A stretch of DNA of 64,000 nt, from assembly GCA_020852925.1 (NCBI GenBank), contig JADYZU010000036.1, positions 1,404 to 65,403 of the forward strand. The letters are read 5' to 3'. Shown in pieces: positions 1 to 9,283 of this stretch. Numbering within the stretch: the stretch's first letter is position 1; each line of letters opens with the position of its first letter. This stretch comes from Rubellimicrobium sp. GTDB lineage: Bacteria; Pseudomonadota; Alphaproteobacteria; Rhodobacterales; Rhodobacteraceae. Made by a program: the position numbers and the translations under genes. The notes under the pieces were generated by a model. The model ran no database searches and was not told the origin of the DNA. It saw only the letters and a program-made list of their open reading frames with translations.

Positions 1-371
1 GACAGGCCGATGAGGCGCAGCATCTCGCTTACCCGGGCGTCGATCCGGGCGCGCGGCGTGCCGGCGATGCGCAGGCCGAAACCCACGTTCTGCGCCACGG
101 TCAGGTTGGGAAACAGCGCATAGGCCTGGAACACCATGCCGATCTTGCGCTGGTTCGGGCGCAGCGCCGTGACATCGCGCCCGCCGATCACCATCCTGCC
201 CGAGGTCGGCGTCTCGAACCCGGCGACCATGCGCAGCACCGTGGTCTTGCCACAGCCCGACGGCCCCAGAAGCGAGATGAACTCGCCCTTTTCGATCGCA
301 AGGTTGAAGTCGGTGACGACGCGGTTCGCGCCGAAGGTCTTTTCCAGATGCTGGATTTCAAGATGGGACAT
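1..371 (-). CDS. ABC transporter ATP-binding protein, N-terminal part (gene continues past window start)
   Basis: Reverse translation from ATG at 369-371: MSHLEIQHLEKTFGANRVVTDFNLAIEKGEFISLLGPSGCGKTTVLRMVAGFE..., Walker A GPSGCGKT. ATGA overlap with the stop of the upstream permease. Confidence 0.9.
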   Translation of the reverse strand, partial: MSHLEIQHLEKTFGANRVVTDFNLAIEKGEFISLLGPSGCGKTTVLRMVAGFETPTSGRMVIGGRDVTALRPNQRKIGMVFQAYALFPNLTVAQNVGFGLRIAGTPRARIDARVSEMLRLIGL

Positions 372-1372
372 CAGGCGCGCACCCGGTTGTGTCGTGAAAG
401 ACGTGTGACAAGCTGGATGAGCCCCATGCAGGCCCAGGTGATGCCGAAGGCGATCACGGCAAGGGCGGAGGGCTCGTAGGCGCGGTTGGCGCCGAGGATC
501 TGCATGTAGGGCCCGAAGGCCGGCCGGTTGAGCAGCGCGGCCATGGTGAATTCGCCGATGACGATGGCGAAGGTAAGGAAGGCACCCGACAGCACCGCCG
601 CAAGGACATTGGGCAGGATCACCCGCGTCATGATCGTGATCCAGCCGGCGCCCAGCGATTGCGCCGCCTCGGTCAGGGTGGCGATGTCGATGGTCCGCAG
701 CCCGGTATCGACCGAACGGTACATGTAGGGCAGCGCCAGCGTGGTGTAGCCCATCATCAGCAGGAAATTGGTGCCAGGCCCGCTGCCCGTCAGCGGCAGG
801 AAGGACGAGGTAGTGTAGAGCCGGATATAGCCGAAGACGATGACGATCGCCGGGATGACCAGCGGCAGGAGGGTGATGAACTCGATCAGCGGGCGCGCGC
901 CGGGCAGGCGCAGGCGCACCCAGTAGGCCGTGGGCACCACGAGGGCCACGCCAAAGCCGATGGTCAGCAGCGCCATCACCACCGAATAGAGGAAGGTGGC
1001 GCGGAACTGCGCATCGCCCAGGACCACGCGATAGGCCTCGAACGAATAGACCCCGCGCAGCATCCGCAGCGAGAATTCGGTCATGCCCCACAGCGGCAGC
1101 AGGAAATAGACCATGCCGATGAGGATCGCGCCCCAGGCCCAGAACCCGGCCCGATGGGCCGCCGTCCCGAACAGCGCGCCGATCAGCACCGGATAGGCCG
1201 GCCACAGGCCGCCGGCCGCCGGCAGCAGGTTCACGAGGAAACCGGGGAACAGGAACAGCACGGCCATGCCCAGGATGACGGCGGCCAGAACCCCCGCCTG
1301 TGGCCGCAACCCCCGCCCGAGCACCAGTCCGCTCCCGAGGCCCGCAACCCAGATGACGAAGGGCGCGGTCAT
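371..1372 (-). CDS. ABC transporter permease (PotC/binding-protein-dependent inner membrane component)
   Basis: C-terminal 333 aa of the 371..2200 ORF from MTAPFVIW. Multi-TM, permease-type loop (TLTEAAQSLGAGWITIMTRVILP). Start overlaps the previous gene stop (ATGA). The 5' part of the long ORF overlaps the next permease out of frame. Confidence 0.8.
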   Translation of the reverse strand: MTAPFVIWVAGLGSGLVLGRGLRPQAGVLAAVILGMAVLFLFPGFLVNLLPAAGGLWPAYPVLIGALFGTAAHRAGFWAWGAILIGMVYFLLPLWGMTEFSLRMLRGVYSFEAYRVVLGDAQFRATFLYSVVMALLTIGFGVALVVPTAYWVRLRLPGARPLIEFITLLPLVIPAIVIVFGYIRLYTTSSFLPLTGSGPGTNFLLMMGYTTLALPYMYRSVDTGLRTIDIATLTEAAQSLGAGWITIMTRVILPNVLAAVLSGAFLTFAIVIGEFTMAALLNRPAFGPYMQILGANRAYEPSALAVIAFGITWACMGLIQLVTRLSRHNRVRA

Positions 1373-2262
1373 TTCAGCCACCGTTCCGAACGGGCGCGCA
1401 GCCAGATATAAAGCGTGTTGGCGACCGCCGTGATGACGATCATCCCGAAGGCCAGCGCATAGCCGTAGTTCGGTGACCCGAGGACATCGCCCCGGATCTG
1501 CGCAAACAGCAGGATCGGCGCGATGTTGAAGGTGGGCCCGGCCAGCGCAAAGGCGGTGGCGACCGCCCCGAACGAATTCGCGAACAGCAGCGCGAAGGTG
1601 CCCAGAAGCGAGGGGAACAGGATCGGCAGCGCCACCATGCGCCAGTATTGCGCGCCGGTCGCGCCCAGGATCGCCGCCGCCTCGCGCCATTCGCGCTTCA
1701 GCCCGTCGAGGGCGGGGGTGATGATGAGGATCATCAGCGGGATCTGGAAGAACAGGTAGGTGACGACAAGGCCGGTGGTGGACAGCAGGTTGAAGCCCGC
1801 GTCGCGCGCCAGGATGATGCCGAACTCGCCCTTGAGCCAAAGGGTGAACAGGCCCGCCGGCCCGACCGTGGCGATGAAGGCAAAGGCCAGCGGCACTCCG
1901 GCAAAGTTCGACGCCACCCCCGAGAAGGTCAGCAAGGGTTCGCGCAGCCAGCGCGGCAACCCGCCCACGGTGATCGCCGCCGCCATGCCAAAGCCGATGG
2001 CACAGCCGATGAGCGCCGAAGTGACCGAGACCTTGATCGACACCCAGTAGGCGTTGCGCACGTTCGGCGCGTTCAGGGCGATGATGTTGTCGAAGGTGAA
2101 TTCGCCGGTTCCGGTGCGAAACGCGCCGACGACGATATAGAGCGTCGGCAGGATCAGGAACAGCGTGGCAAAGACGAAGAACGGCGCGACACCGACCCAC
2201 CTGAGCGAGGTGACGCTGCGCAATATGGGGCTATCAGCCATGCGGCCAGACCTGTCCGTCAT
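1369..2262 (-). CDS. ABC transporter permease (PotB-like)
   Basis: ORF 1369..2322. Hydrophobic multi-TM protein with REAAAILGATGAQYWRMVALPI permease signature. Start uncertain (Met at 2262 or 2241). Confidence 0.8.
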   Translation of the reverse strand: MTDRSGRMADSPILRSVTSLRWVGVAPFFVFATLFLILPTLYIVVGAFRTGTGEFTFDNIIALNAPNVRNAYWVSIKVSVTSALIGCAIGFGMAAAITVGGLPRWLREPLLTFSGVASNFAGVPLAFAFIATVGPAGLFTLWLKGEFGIILARDAGFNLLSTTGLVVTYLFFQIPLMILIITPALDGLKREWREAAAILGATGAQYWRMVALPILFPSLLGTFALLFANSFGAVATAFALAGPTFNIAPILLFAQIRGDVLGSPNYGYALAFGMIVITAVANTLYIWLRARSERWLK

Positions 2263-2355
2263 GTTGGGAAAACGACCGGCGGGCGACTTGCGCCTGCCGG
2301 TCAGGGGAATGTCCCGGGTCACGCGGGGGGCGGCCTGCGCCCCCCCGGCCTCAGG

Positions 2356-3459
2356 TCATTCGACGACGTTGGCGCCGACGACCGAATCCCAGCCGGCGAC
2401 CACCGCCTCCTTGTTGGCGTTCACCTGCGCGACGGTCGGGAACACCGCCCGCTCGTAGGCGTCGGCCGGCGGCAGGTTGTCGAGCATCTCTTGCGGCACC
2501 ACCCCGCGCGCGACCAGATCGTTGAAGCGGATCGGGTGGCAATAGCCCGAGAGCCAGGCAAGCTGCCCCTCGTCCGAATAGAGATACTCCATCCACAGCT
2601 TCGCGGCGTTGGGCTGCGGCGCATGGGCCGAGATCGCCTGCACATAGACACCGGCAAGGGTCACGTCCGAGGGGACGACGACTTCGGCCGGCGGGTTGCC
2701 GTCAAGGATGTCGCGCCAGGCAAGGCCGTTGTAGTCCCAGGCGATGACGATGGGCGTGGTGCCCTGTGCCAGCGTGCCCGCCTTGCCGATGACGGGAACG
2801 AAATTGCCCGCAGCGTTCAGTTCGGCAAAGAATTCGAGCCCGGCCTGCGCAGCTTCGGCACCGGGGGCGGCGCCGCGCGACATGCCGGCGGCCATGACCC
2901 CGAGAATCGCCTGGTTCGCGGCGCGCGGGTCGCCGGCAAGGGCAACCTGCCCGTAATACTCGGGCTTGAGCAGGTCGGCGAACGAGGTCGGCACGTTCTC
3001 GACCAGATCGGTGTTCACGAGGAACGCCATCACCCCGTAGTAGTCGCCATACCAGTGACCCTCGGGATCCTTGGCGCTGTCGGGAATCGAATCCCAGGTC
3101 GACACCATGTAGGGCTGAAGCAGCCCCTCTTCCTGCGCCGCCGGGCCGAAGGCCAGGCCCACGTCGATCGTGTCGGGCGCCTGCGGGCCGGTGTTGCCGA
3201 CGTTGGCGCGGATCGCCTCGAGCTCGTCGGCCGAACCGGCGTCGGGGTTCAGGCCGTTGTATTCGATGCCCGGATACCGGGCGAGAAAGCCGTCGACGGC
3301 CGCCTGATAGTTGCACCACGACATCGGCAGCGCGATGGTCGAGAGACGGCCCTCGGCCTGCGCGGCCGCATAGAGCTCGTCGATGGTCTGGGCCTGCGCG
3401 GCCCCCGTCGCAAGAATGGCGACTGCGCTGGCCGTCGCCAGTGCGCGGTTGAAGGTCAT
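2356..3459 (-). CDS. ABC transporter periplasmic substrate-binding protein (family 1, iron(III)/polyamine-type)
   Basis: 367 aa with cleavable signal MTFNRALATASAVAILATGAAQAQ. Heads a binding protein-permease-permease-ATPase operon. Confidence 0.85.
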   Translation of the reverse strand: MTFNRALATASAVAILATGAAQAQTIDELYAAAQAEGRLSTIALPMSWCNYQAAVDGFLARYPGIEYNGLNPDAGSADELEAIRANVGNTGPQAPDTIDVGLAFGPAAQEEGLLQPYMVSTWDSIPDSAKDPEGHWYGDYYGVMAFLVNTDLVENVPTSFADLLKPEYYGQVALAGDPRAANQAILGVMAAGMSRGAAPGAEAAQAGLEFFAELNAAGNFVPVIGKAGTLAQGTTPIVIAWDYNGLAWRDILDGNPPAEVVVPSDVTLAGVYVQAISAHAPQPNAAKLWMEYLYSDEGQLAWLSGYCHPIRFNDLVARGVVPQEMLDNLPPADAYERAVFPTVAQVNANKEAVVAGWDSVVGANVVE

Positions 3460-3714
3460 TCGTGGTCTCCCTTGTCAAGAACTGTCCGCCGCGTTCGTCC
3501 TCCCGCGCGGCTTCTGGGGGAACAGGTAACTGCGGAAGGTGACATGTGGCAATCCCCCCTGACATTGTTTGCACGCCCGGCCGCGCGAATCTCCGGCGGC
3601 GGGCCGCAACGTCACCCGGTCCCCCAACCGCACGCAGCGGGCGGTTTTTCCCTCTGGACAGCCCCCCGCACCCCGTCTAGAAGGCCGCCCACGGGACCGG
3701 ACGGTCCCGCCAGG

Positions 3715-3791
<77 letters not shown>

Positions 3792-3964
3792 CGCAAATTC
3801 TTGAAACTACTGAGTATTCTTTTCAGTCCGGCGCTTTTTCTGCCTGGGCCTGACGGTTTCTCCGGCCGGTTCGACAACCCGCACCCTCTGCGTCACCAGC
3901 GGGGTGTCCCAGCGTGAATCGGCGTCTTGCGGATCGGTTCAGGGAAACCGGTGCATTGCGAGGC

Positions 3965-6946
3965 TCACGGCACCCGCAGCATCTTGCGGAAATGCTCGGG
4001 CACCGCTTCGGGCAGGTCCCATTCGATGGTAATCGGCTTTTCGCCATGCCAGCCCGCGAACATGGGCACGCCGAGATAGAGGAAGGGGGCGGCCTTGCCG
4101 CCGCGCAGTTTCTCGCTACGCACGAACAGGTGGATACGGTGGTCTGGCAGCTTACCGGACAGAATCCGGCCGTGCCTGCCGGCTTGCGTGGTTTGGCTTT
4201 GGCTTTGCCATTGCAGGCGCGAGGGCGACAGGAAGCGGTCTTCGTAGTGATTTCCTGCGGACATGCTGCCCTTTTTCAGGGTCGTCAGCAGGATCATGTT
4301 CTTGTCTACCGGCACGATCCCAGTGTTCCAATTGCCCGGATTGAACACCGCGCCGAACAGGGGTGGAATCTCCTCACGCATGTATTCGCGCCAGAGTTGC
4401 GGGCCGGTGCGGAGTGGCTCGGGCGGGTCATTCATCCCGGTTTTTGGGGCCGCTCCGGTGAACCCGGCAAGCCGCCAGTCGATCAGTTCGGTCAGAAGAT
4501 CGGGCAGGCCGACGGCAACCGGGCGGCGCAGGGTCAAGCGGTCGGCCTCGACCCGGAAATCGGGGTTCATCGCCCAATGCGACCAGCCGGCATCCAGCCG
4601 ATCCGGGGCAAGGCCGACCTTGCGGCTTAGGGCCAGAAGGGCGGCCTTCCGGGCCAGGCTGTCGCGCCTGTCGCCGGTCGCAAGCGACGATGACGCGGCA
4701 AGCAGCAGCAACAGCGGCCCGGCATCGCGGAACGTCGTCCGTTCGATGCCCTGTAACAGCCCTTTGTGGATATGTGCGGCCTCGGGCACCGGATCGCCCA
4801 TGTCGCGCACGAAATCGAACCAGCCGCCGTGGCCGGTGCGCGCAGGCTGGAACCCGGCATGGGCGAACTCGGCCGCCCGGGGCCGTTCGCCCATCCGGAC
4901 GCGGAAATCGCGATACCAGGCCTCGGATTCGTCGCCGCCCGGGTGTTGCTTCAGCATGGCGCGCAGAAAATCCAGCGCCTGAAGGTCATAGGTGACCTCA
5001 CACCCCGGCGGTAGCTCCAGCGTGCCCGCCGCTGCCGCGTCCAGTTTTTGCGACAGCGAACGGTCGCCTTCGCCCGCCGCCAGCAGCGCCCGCGTCTTGG
5101 TCAGAAAGACGCGGTGGTTGCCGATATAGTCGATCACCCGCAGCACCTTGTCGCCCAGTCGCCGCAGCCCGCGCCCCAGTTGTTGCAGGAACAGGATCGT
5201 GCTTTCGGTGGGCCGCAGCATCAACACGGTGCCGATATTGGGCACGTCGATGCCTTCATTGAACATGTCGACAGCAAAGAGGCTGTCGAGTTCGCCCTTG
5301 CCCAGCGCCTCAAGCGATGAGGCGCGCGGGGCCGAACCGGGGCCGGAATGGACCGACACCGCGCGCAACCCGGCGGCGGTGAAATACTCCGCCATGAAAT
5401 CGGCGTGGCGCATGGACACGCAAAAGCCGATGGTCGGGCCGTGGCCATGGCGGCGCAACTGGTCCAGCGCGTTTTCGGCGCGGGCGCGGGTGGTCACGGC
5501 CTCGGTCAGCGCGGCCTCGTCAAAGCGGGCGGATCGCCAGGGGATCTGGGCATAATCCACGTCGTCGGGTACGCCGAAATAGTGGAAGGGCGCCAGCAGG
5601 CCGCGGGTGATGCCTTCGTGCAGGTCGCAGCGGAACACCAGATTTTCACCGCACAGCGACAGCAGATCGCCGCCATCGGTGCGTTCCGGTGTGGCGGTCA
5701 GGCCCAGCAGGAAGCGAGGGCTGAAATGATCCAGCAAACCGCGATAGCTGGCGGCCGAAGCATGGTGAAATTCGTCGACGACGATGTAATCGAAATCATC
5801 GGGTGAAAAGCGGCGCAGATGTTCGGCGCGGCCAAGGGTCTGGATCGAGGCGAAGACGATCTCGCCTTCCTCTTTCGCGGTGCCGGAATAGCGGCCGAAC
5901 CGCGCCTCGGGGCGGATCTGGCGGAAGGTCGCCATGGCTTGTGCGAGGATTTCCTCGCGATGGGCAACGAACAGCACCCGGTCGAAACCGCGGCTGTCAA
6001 AGGCGGAAAGCCAGGTCTTGCCCAGACCCGTCGCCAGCACCACCAGCCCGGCGCGGTGGCCGTCGCGCCGTGTGGCCTCAAGCGCGGCCAGGGCTTCGAC
6101 CTGGATGCCATGCGGTTCGGGCGCCGTTTTCGGCGGCTCGGCGGCGGCCGTCCTGGCAGCGAAATCCGGCAGGGGCCGCGCCTTGCGCCGGGTCGCGTAC
6201 CTGTCGATCCAGCCATCGGTCAGGGGGACGACGTGCGGGTCGGCCAACAGCGCCTCGAACGCGGTCTCCACCGCCCGCAGATCGCCCGGCGCGGCGCTGT
6301 GCAGGTTCCATTCCACGCCATCGGTCAACGCCGTGCGGCTGAGGTTGGAACTGCCGACAATGGTCGCGCCGCCCGTGTCGGTGGCGCGGAACAACCAGGC
6401 TTTGGGGTGAAAACTGGTGCCGCGCGCCTCATAGATGCGGGCATCGAACTGGCCGGAAAACCCTTCGCTATCCAGATCGCGCAGCCTGCGCAGGGCGGCG
6501 GGTTCGGTCACGTCCAGATAATCGCCGACAACCAGCCGCAACCGACCGCCGCGGTCCAGCAGATCCTCAAGCCAGGGGAAAATCAGGCTGACGCCACTAT
6601 CAAGCGCGAAGGCCACCGCCAGATCGACGGCCCGGGCCGTGTCGATATGGCGGGCCAGATGGGCCAGAAGCGGGTCCTTGCCCCCGGCGATCAAAAGGCC
6701 ATGCGCCCGGCTATCGTCGTCCAGTCTCAGCACGAAATGCCCATGGTGCAGAACCGACCGCAGCACCGGCGCGCCGTCCTGCAACGCGGCAGAGAACAGC
6801 GACAGCATCGCCAGTTGCTCGGTCGCCGTCAGTTCCGCCCAGCCCGCAACATGCCGCCCCGGCGCAATCATATCCCCCGCATCCGTGATCCGCACGGCGG
6901 GCAAACCCGTCGCGCGGGCGCAGATCGGACAGGCGGAATAAGGCAT
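3965..6946 (-). CDS. SauUSI-like type IV (modification-dependent) restriction enzyme: PLD nuclease + SF2 helicase + DUF3427-type C-terminal domain, with an extra N-terminal CxxC module
   Basis: 993 aa. HKD motif HPKAWLF..GSSNLS. Helicase motifs LATGLGKT, VVDEFHH, GLTATP, QQLGRGLR. C-terminus NWNTGIV..LQWQSQ..IHLFVR..FLYLG typical of DUF3427. Confidence 0.8.
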   Translation of the reverse strand: MPYSACPICARATGLPAVRITDAGDMIAPGRHVAGWAELTATEQLAMLSLFSAALQDGAPVLRSVLHHGHFVLRLDDDSRAHGLLIAGGKDPLLAHLARHIDTARAVDLAVAFALDSGVSLIFPWLEDLLDRGGRLRLVVGDYLDVTEPAALRRLRDLDSEGFSGQFDARIYEARGTSFHPKAWLFRATDTGGATIVGSSNLSRTALTDGVEWNLHSAAPGDLRAVETAFEALLADPHVVPLTDGWIDRYATRRKARPLPDFAARTAAAEPPKTAPEPHGIQVEALAALEATRRDGHRAGLVVLATGLGKTWLSAFDSRGFDRVLFVAHREEILAQAMATFRQIRPEARFGRYSGTAKEEGEIVFASIQTLGRAEHLRRFSPDDFDYIVVDEFHHASAASYRGLLDHFSPRFLLGLTATPERTDGGDLLSLCGENLVFRCDLHEGITRGLLAPFHYFGVPDDVDYAQIPWRSARFDEAALTEAVTTRARAENALDQLRRHGHGPTIGFCVSMRHADFMAEYFTAAGLRAVSVHSGPGSAPRASSLEALGKGELDSLFAVDMFNEGIDVPNIGTVLMLRPTESTILFLQQLGRGLRRLGDKVLRVIDYIGNHRVFLTKTRALLAAGEGDRSLSQKLDAAAAGTLELPPGCEVTYDLQALDFLRAMLKQHPGGDESEAWYRDFRVRMGERPRAAEFAHAGFQPARTGHGGWFDFVRDMGDPVPEAAHIHKGLLQGIERTTFRDAGPLLLLLAASSSLATGDRRDSLARKAALLALSRKVGLAPDRLDAGWSHWAMNPDFRVEADRLTLRRPVAVGLPDLLTELIDWRLAGFTGAAPKTGMNDPPEPLRTGPQLWREYMREEIPPLFGAVFNPGNWNTGIVPVDKNMILLTTLKKGSMSAGNHYEDRFLSPSRLQWQSQSQTTQAGRHGRILSGKLPDHRIHLFVRSEKLRGGKAAPFLYLGVPMFAGWHGEKPITIEWDLPEAVPEHFRKMLRVP

Positions 6947-7067
6947 TACCGGCGGAATTCCCTTTCGCCGCCCAGGCTACCAGGCGCGGGGAGCATGTCC
7001 AGGCGGGAAGCGTGGCCCAGGGACGCCCTTTCCGGGCAAGGTCGTCCGACCCGGGGCAGCGAACCCA

Positions 7068-7412
7068 TCACCCCTTTCTGTCGGCCCTCAGGATGTGCGC
7101 GATGGAGCTGGTGTCCCAACCCACGATCTTGCGGCAGGATCTTATAAAGTGTCTGTCGGCCGCTGATCGCCCAGGGTTGATGGCGAAGTGGCGCACGGTA
7201 GTCCCGTTGCGCGCGCCGTGGCCCTTGCGCAGGCGGGACTGGTCCTCGGCAAAGGTGCTCCCGCAGACCACCAGGAACAGGATTTCCGACAGGGGATGCA
7301 GGATACGTCGCCCATCCCGCGGATCCTCGACCGCGGAGAAATGATCCAGAAGCGCAGCAAGGCGCGAACGGCAGAAAGGGCTGTCGGGTAGCGTCATGAC
7401 CAGCGGCGCCAT
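7068..7412 (-). pseudogene. ISAs1-family transposase remnant (internal deletion fusing N- and C-terminal ends)
   Basis: 114 aa. N-terminal LLDHFSAVEDPRDGRRILHPLSEILFLVVCG (transposase-associated domain signature) joins directly to a C-terminal-type tail KGHGARN..RHFAINP..RKIVGWD. The DDE core is missing. Confidence 0.65.
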
Positions 7413-7528
7413 CTCGGTGCAGCCCGACTGATTCGGAGATGCCCCTGATTGTCACTGCACCTTGGGTTCGGAACCCGGACGGGATCGCGCGTCTGGCAAA
7501 GGTGCCGCGCCGCGGCTAGGATGCGGCC

Positions 7529-8299
7529 ATGCTGCACCTTGTCCGCCACGGCGCCCCCACGGCGCAACCGCCGCTACTCATTGCCCACGGGCTGTTCGGT
7601 TCGGCCCGCAACTGGGGCGCCATCGCCCGCGCCCTCTCGGACCGGGGCGAGGTGGTGGCCGCCGACCTGCGCAACCACGGCGAAAGCGGCTGGACCACGC
7701 GGCACGACTATCCCGGCATGGCCGACGATCTGGCCCAGGTGATCGAGGGCGCCCTGGGCGGGCGGGCCGATGTCATGGGCCATTCCATGGGCGGCAAGGC
7801 GGCGATGGTCCTTGCGCTCTCGCGGCCCGATCTGGTCAGGCGGCTGATCGTGGCCGATATCGCCCCGGTCGCATCCGCACACGACCAGAACCCGCAATTC
7901 GCCGCCATGCGCCGCATCGACCCCGCGGCCGTCACCTCGCGCGCCGAGGCCGCGCGTCTGATGCAGGCCACGACGCCTGAAATCGCAGCCTTCCTGCTTC
8001 AGAACCTCGATCTGGCAGGGCGGCGCTGGCGGCTGAACCTTGACCTGCTCGAGCGCGAGATGCCGACGATTCTGGGCTTTCCCGAAACCGGGGCGCCGTT
8101 CGCCGGGCCGGTCCTGTTCCTTGCGGGGGAAAGGTCGGACTACATCCTGCCCGAACACCGCGCGCCGATCGCCGCACTGTTTCCGCAGGCGCGCTTTGTC
8201 ACCATCCCCGGCGCGGGGCACTGGCTTCATGCCGAACGGCCGCGCGAATTCGAGGGCGCGGTGCGCGCCTTTCTGGACGAACCCCCTGCCGGCGACTAG
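7529..8299 (+). CDS. alpha/beta hydrolase (YbfF-type esterase)
   Basis: 256 aa. LLIAHGLFGS, nucleophile elbow GHSMGG, C-terminal GAGHWLHAERP. Confidence 0.85.
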   Translation: MLHLVRHGAPTAQPPLLIAHGLFGSARNWGAIARALSDRGEVVAADLRNHGESGWTTRHDYPGMADDLAQVIEGALGGRADVMGHSMGGKAAMVLALSRPDLVRRLIVADIAPVASAHDQNPQFAAMRRIDPAAVTSRAEAARLMQATTPEIAAFLLQNLDLAGRRWRLNLDLLEREMPTILGFPETGAPFAGPVLFLAGERSDYILPEHRAPIAALFPQARFVTIPGAGHWLHAERPREFEGAVRAFLDEPPAGD

Positions 8300-8308
8300 C
8301 GCCGGGCG

Positions 8309-8530
8309 TCAGAACCGCCCGAGTTCCGCCAGCAGATCGGCATTGTCGCAAGAGCGGGTCGCCGGGTCTGCACAGCCCTGGGGCAGATCGCAGCAATGGC
8401 AACGCGCCACCGTCACAAGGTAGTCGTCGCCCGAGATGAATCCGTCCTGAAAGGCATGGCCCAGGTCGGATTCCCCACTTGCCATTCCCGGGGCGTCAAG
8501 GGACATCCCGACATTCCTGATTTCCTGCAT
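8309..8530 (-). CDS. small Cys-rich hypothetical protein (73 aa)
   Basis: ATG preceded by a strong SD (gggaggaggagcg-ATG). Cys cluster CHCCDLPQGCADPATRSC. Third-codon positions less GC-biased than neighbours. No family recognised. Confidence 0.45.
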   Translation of the reverse strand: MQEIRNVGMSLDAPGMASGESDLGHAFQDGFISGDDYLVTVARCHCCDLPQGCADPATRSCDNADLLAELGRF

Positions 8531-8617
8531 CGCTCCTCCTCCCAGACAGCGGGCGATTGGACGAGATTCGGGCAGGCAGGCGCAGCCCGTCCTTGCGCCA
8601 GATCAAATTCCGCCCGC

Positions 8618-9283
8618 TCAGGCAGGATCGGCGGCAGGATCGGCGGCGGCATGCGCGGCGGCGGTGAAACGGGCGATGCGGTCCGGATCCTTCTGCCCCG
8701 GCGCCGATTCGACCCCGGTCGAGACATCGACCTGCCGCGCACCGGTCAGGCGGATCGCCTCGGCGACATTGTCGGGGGTCAGCCCGCCGGCCAACATCCA
8801 GGGCCGCGGCCAGCGCCGCCCGGCAACCAGGCGCCAGTCGAAGGCGATGCCGTTGCCGCCCGGCAGTTGCGCGCCCGCGGGCGGGCGGGCATCGACCAGG
8901 ATCTGGTCGGCCACGGTGAAATAGGGGGCAAGGCGCTCCATGTCGTCGCGGCCGGCGATGCCCATGGCCTTCATCACCGGCAGGCCGGTGCGGGCGCGGA
9001 TATCGGCCACCCGTTCGGGCGATTCGGCACCGTGGAGTTGCAGCATGTCGATGCCGACCGCGCCGGTGATCGCGTCGATCAGCGCGTCGTCGGCGTCAAC
9101 CACCAGCGCCACCTTGGCAATGCCGAAGGGCACCTGCGCCGCCAGATCGCGCGCGGTTGCGACAGACACCGCGCGCGGGGATTTCGGAAAGAACACGAAA
9201 CCGGCATAGCGCGCACCGGCCTGCGCCGCCGCAGCGATCCCGGCACGGTCGGAAAGGCCGCAGATCTTGACCAGCACCGGCAT
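8618..9283 (-). CDS. trpF: N-(5'-phosphoribosyl)anthranilate isomerase
   Basis: 221 aa. VKICGL.., [14 protein letters not shown], family-typical layout. Conserved alphaproteobacterial ihfB-lapA-trpF order. Confidence 0.9.
   Translation of the reverse strand: MPVLVKICGLSDRAGIAAAAQAGARYAGFVFFPKSPRAVSVATARDLAAQVPFGIAKVALVVDADDALIDAITGAVGIDMLQLHGAESPERVADIRARTGLPVMKAMGIAGRDDMERLAPYFTVADQILVDARPPAGAQLPGGNGIAFDWRLVAGRRWPRPWMLAGGLTPDNVAEAIRLTGARQVDVSTGVESAPGQKDPDRIARFTAAAHAAADPAADPA

Noticed and set aside
3823-4630. ORFs 3823..4047(-) and 3914..4630(+) near the 3' end of the restriction-enzyme gene, considered as possible small partner genes (for example an immunity or antitoxin partner).
   Set aside because: Both overlap the strongly supported DUF3427-type C-terminal coding region in other frames, and their sequences are low-complexity with no start-site support.
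7413-7528. Possible direct repeat of the tRNA-Phe 3' end (att site) marking the far edge of the islet.
   Set aside because: Only short scattered matches were found (GCCCCTG; GGTTCG..CC in ccttgggttcggaacccgg). There is no contiguous repeat of more than about 7 nt, so the islet boundary cannot be defined this way.
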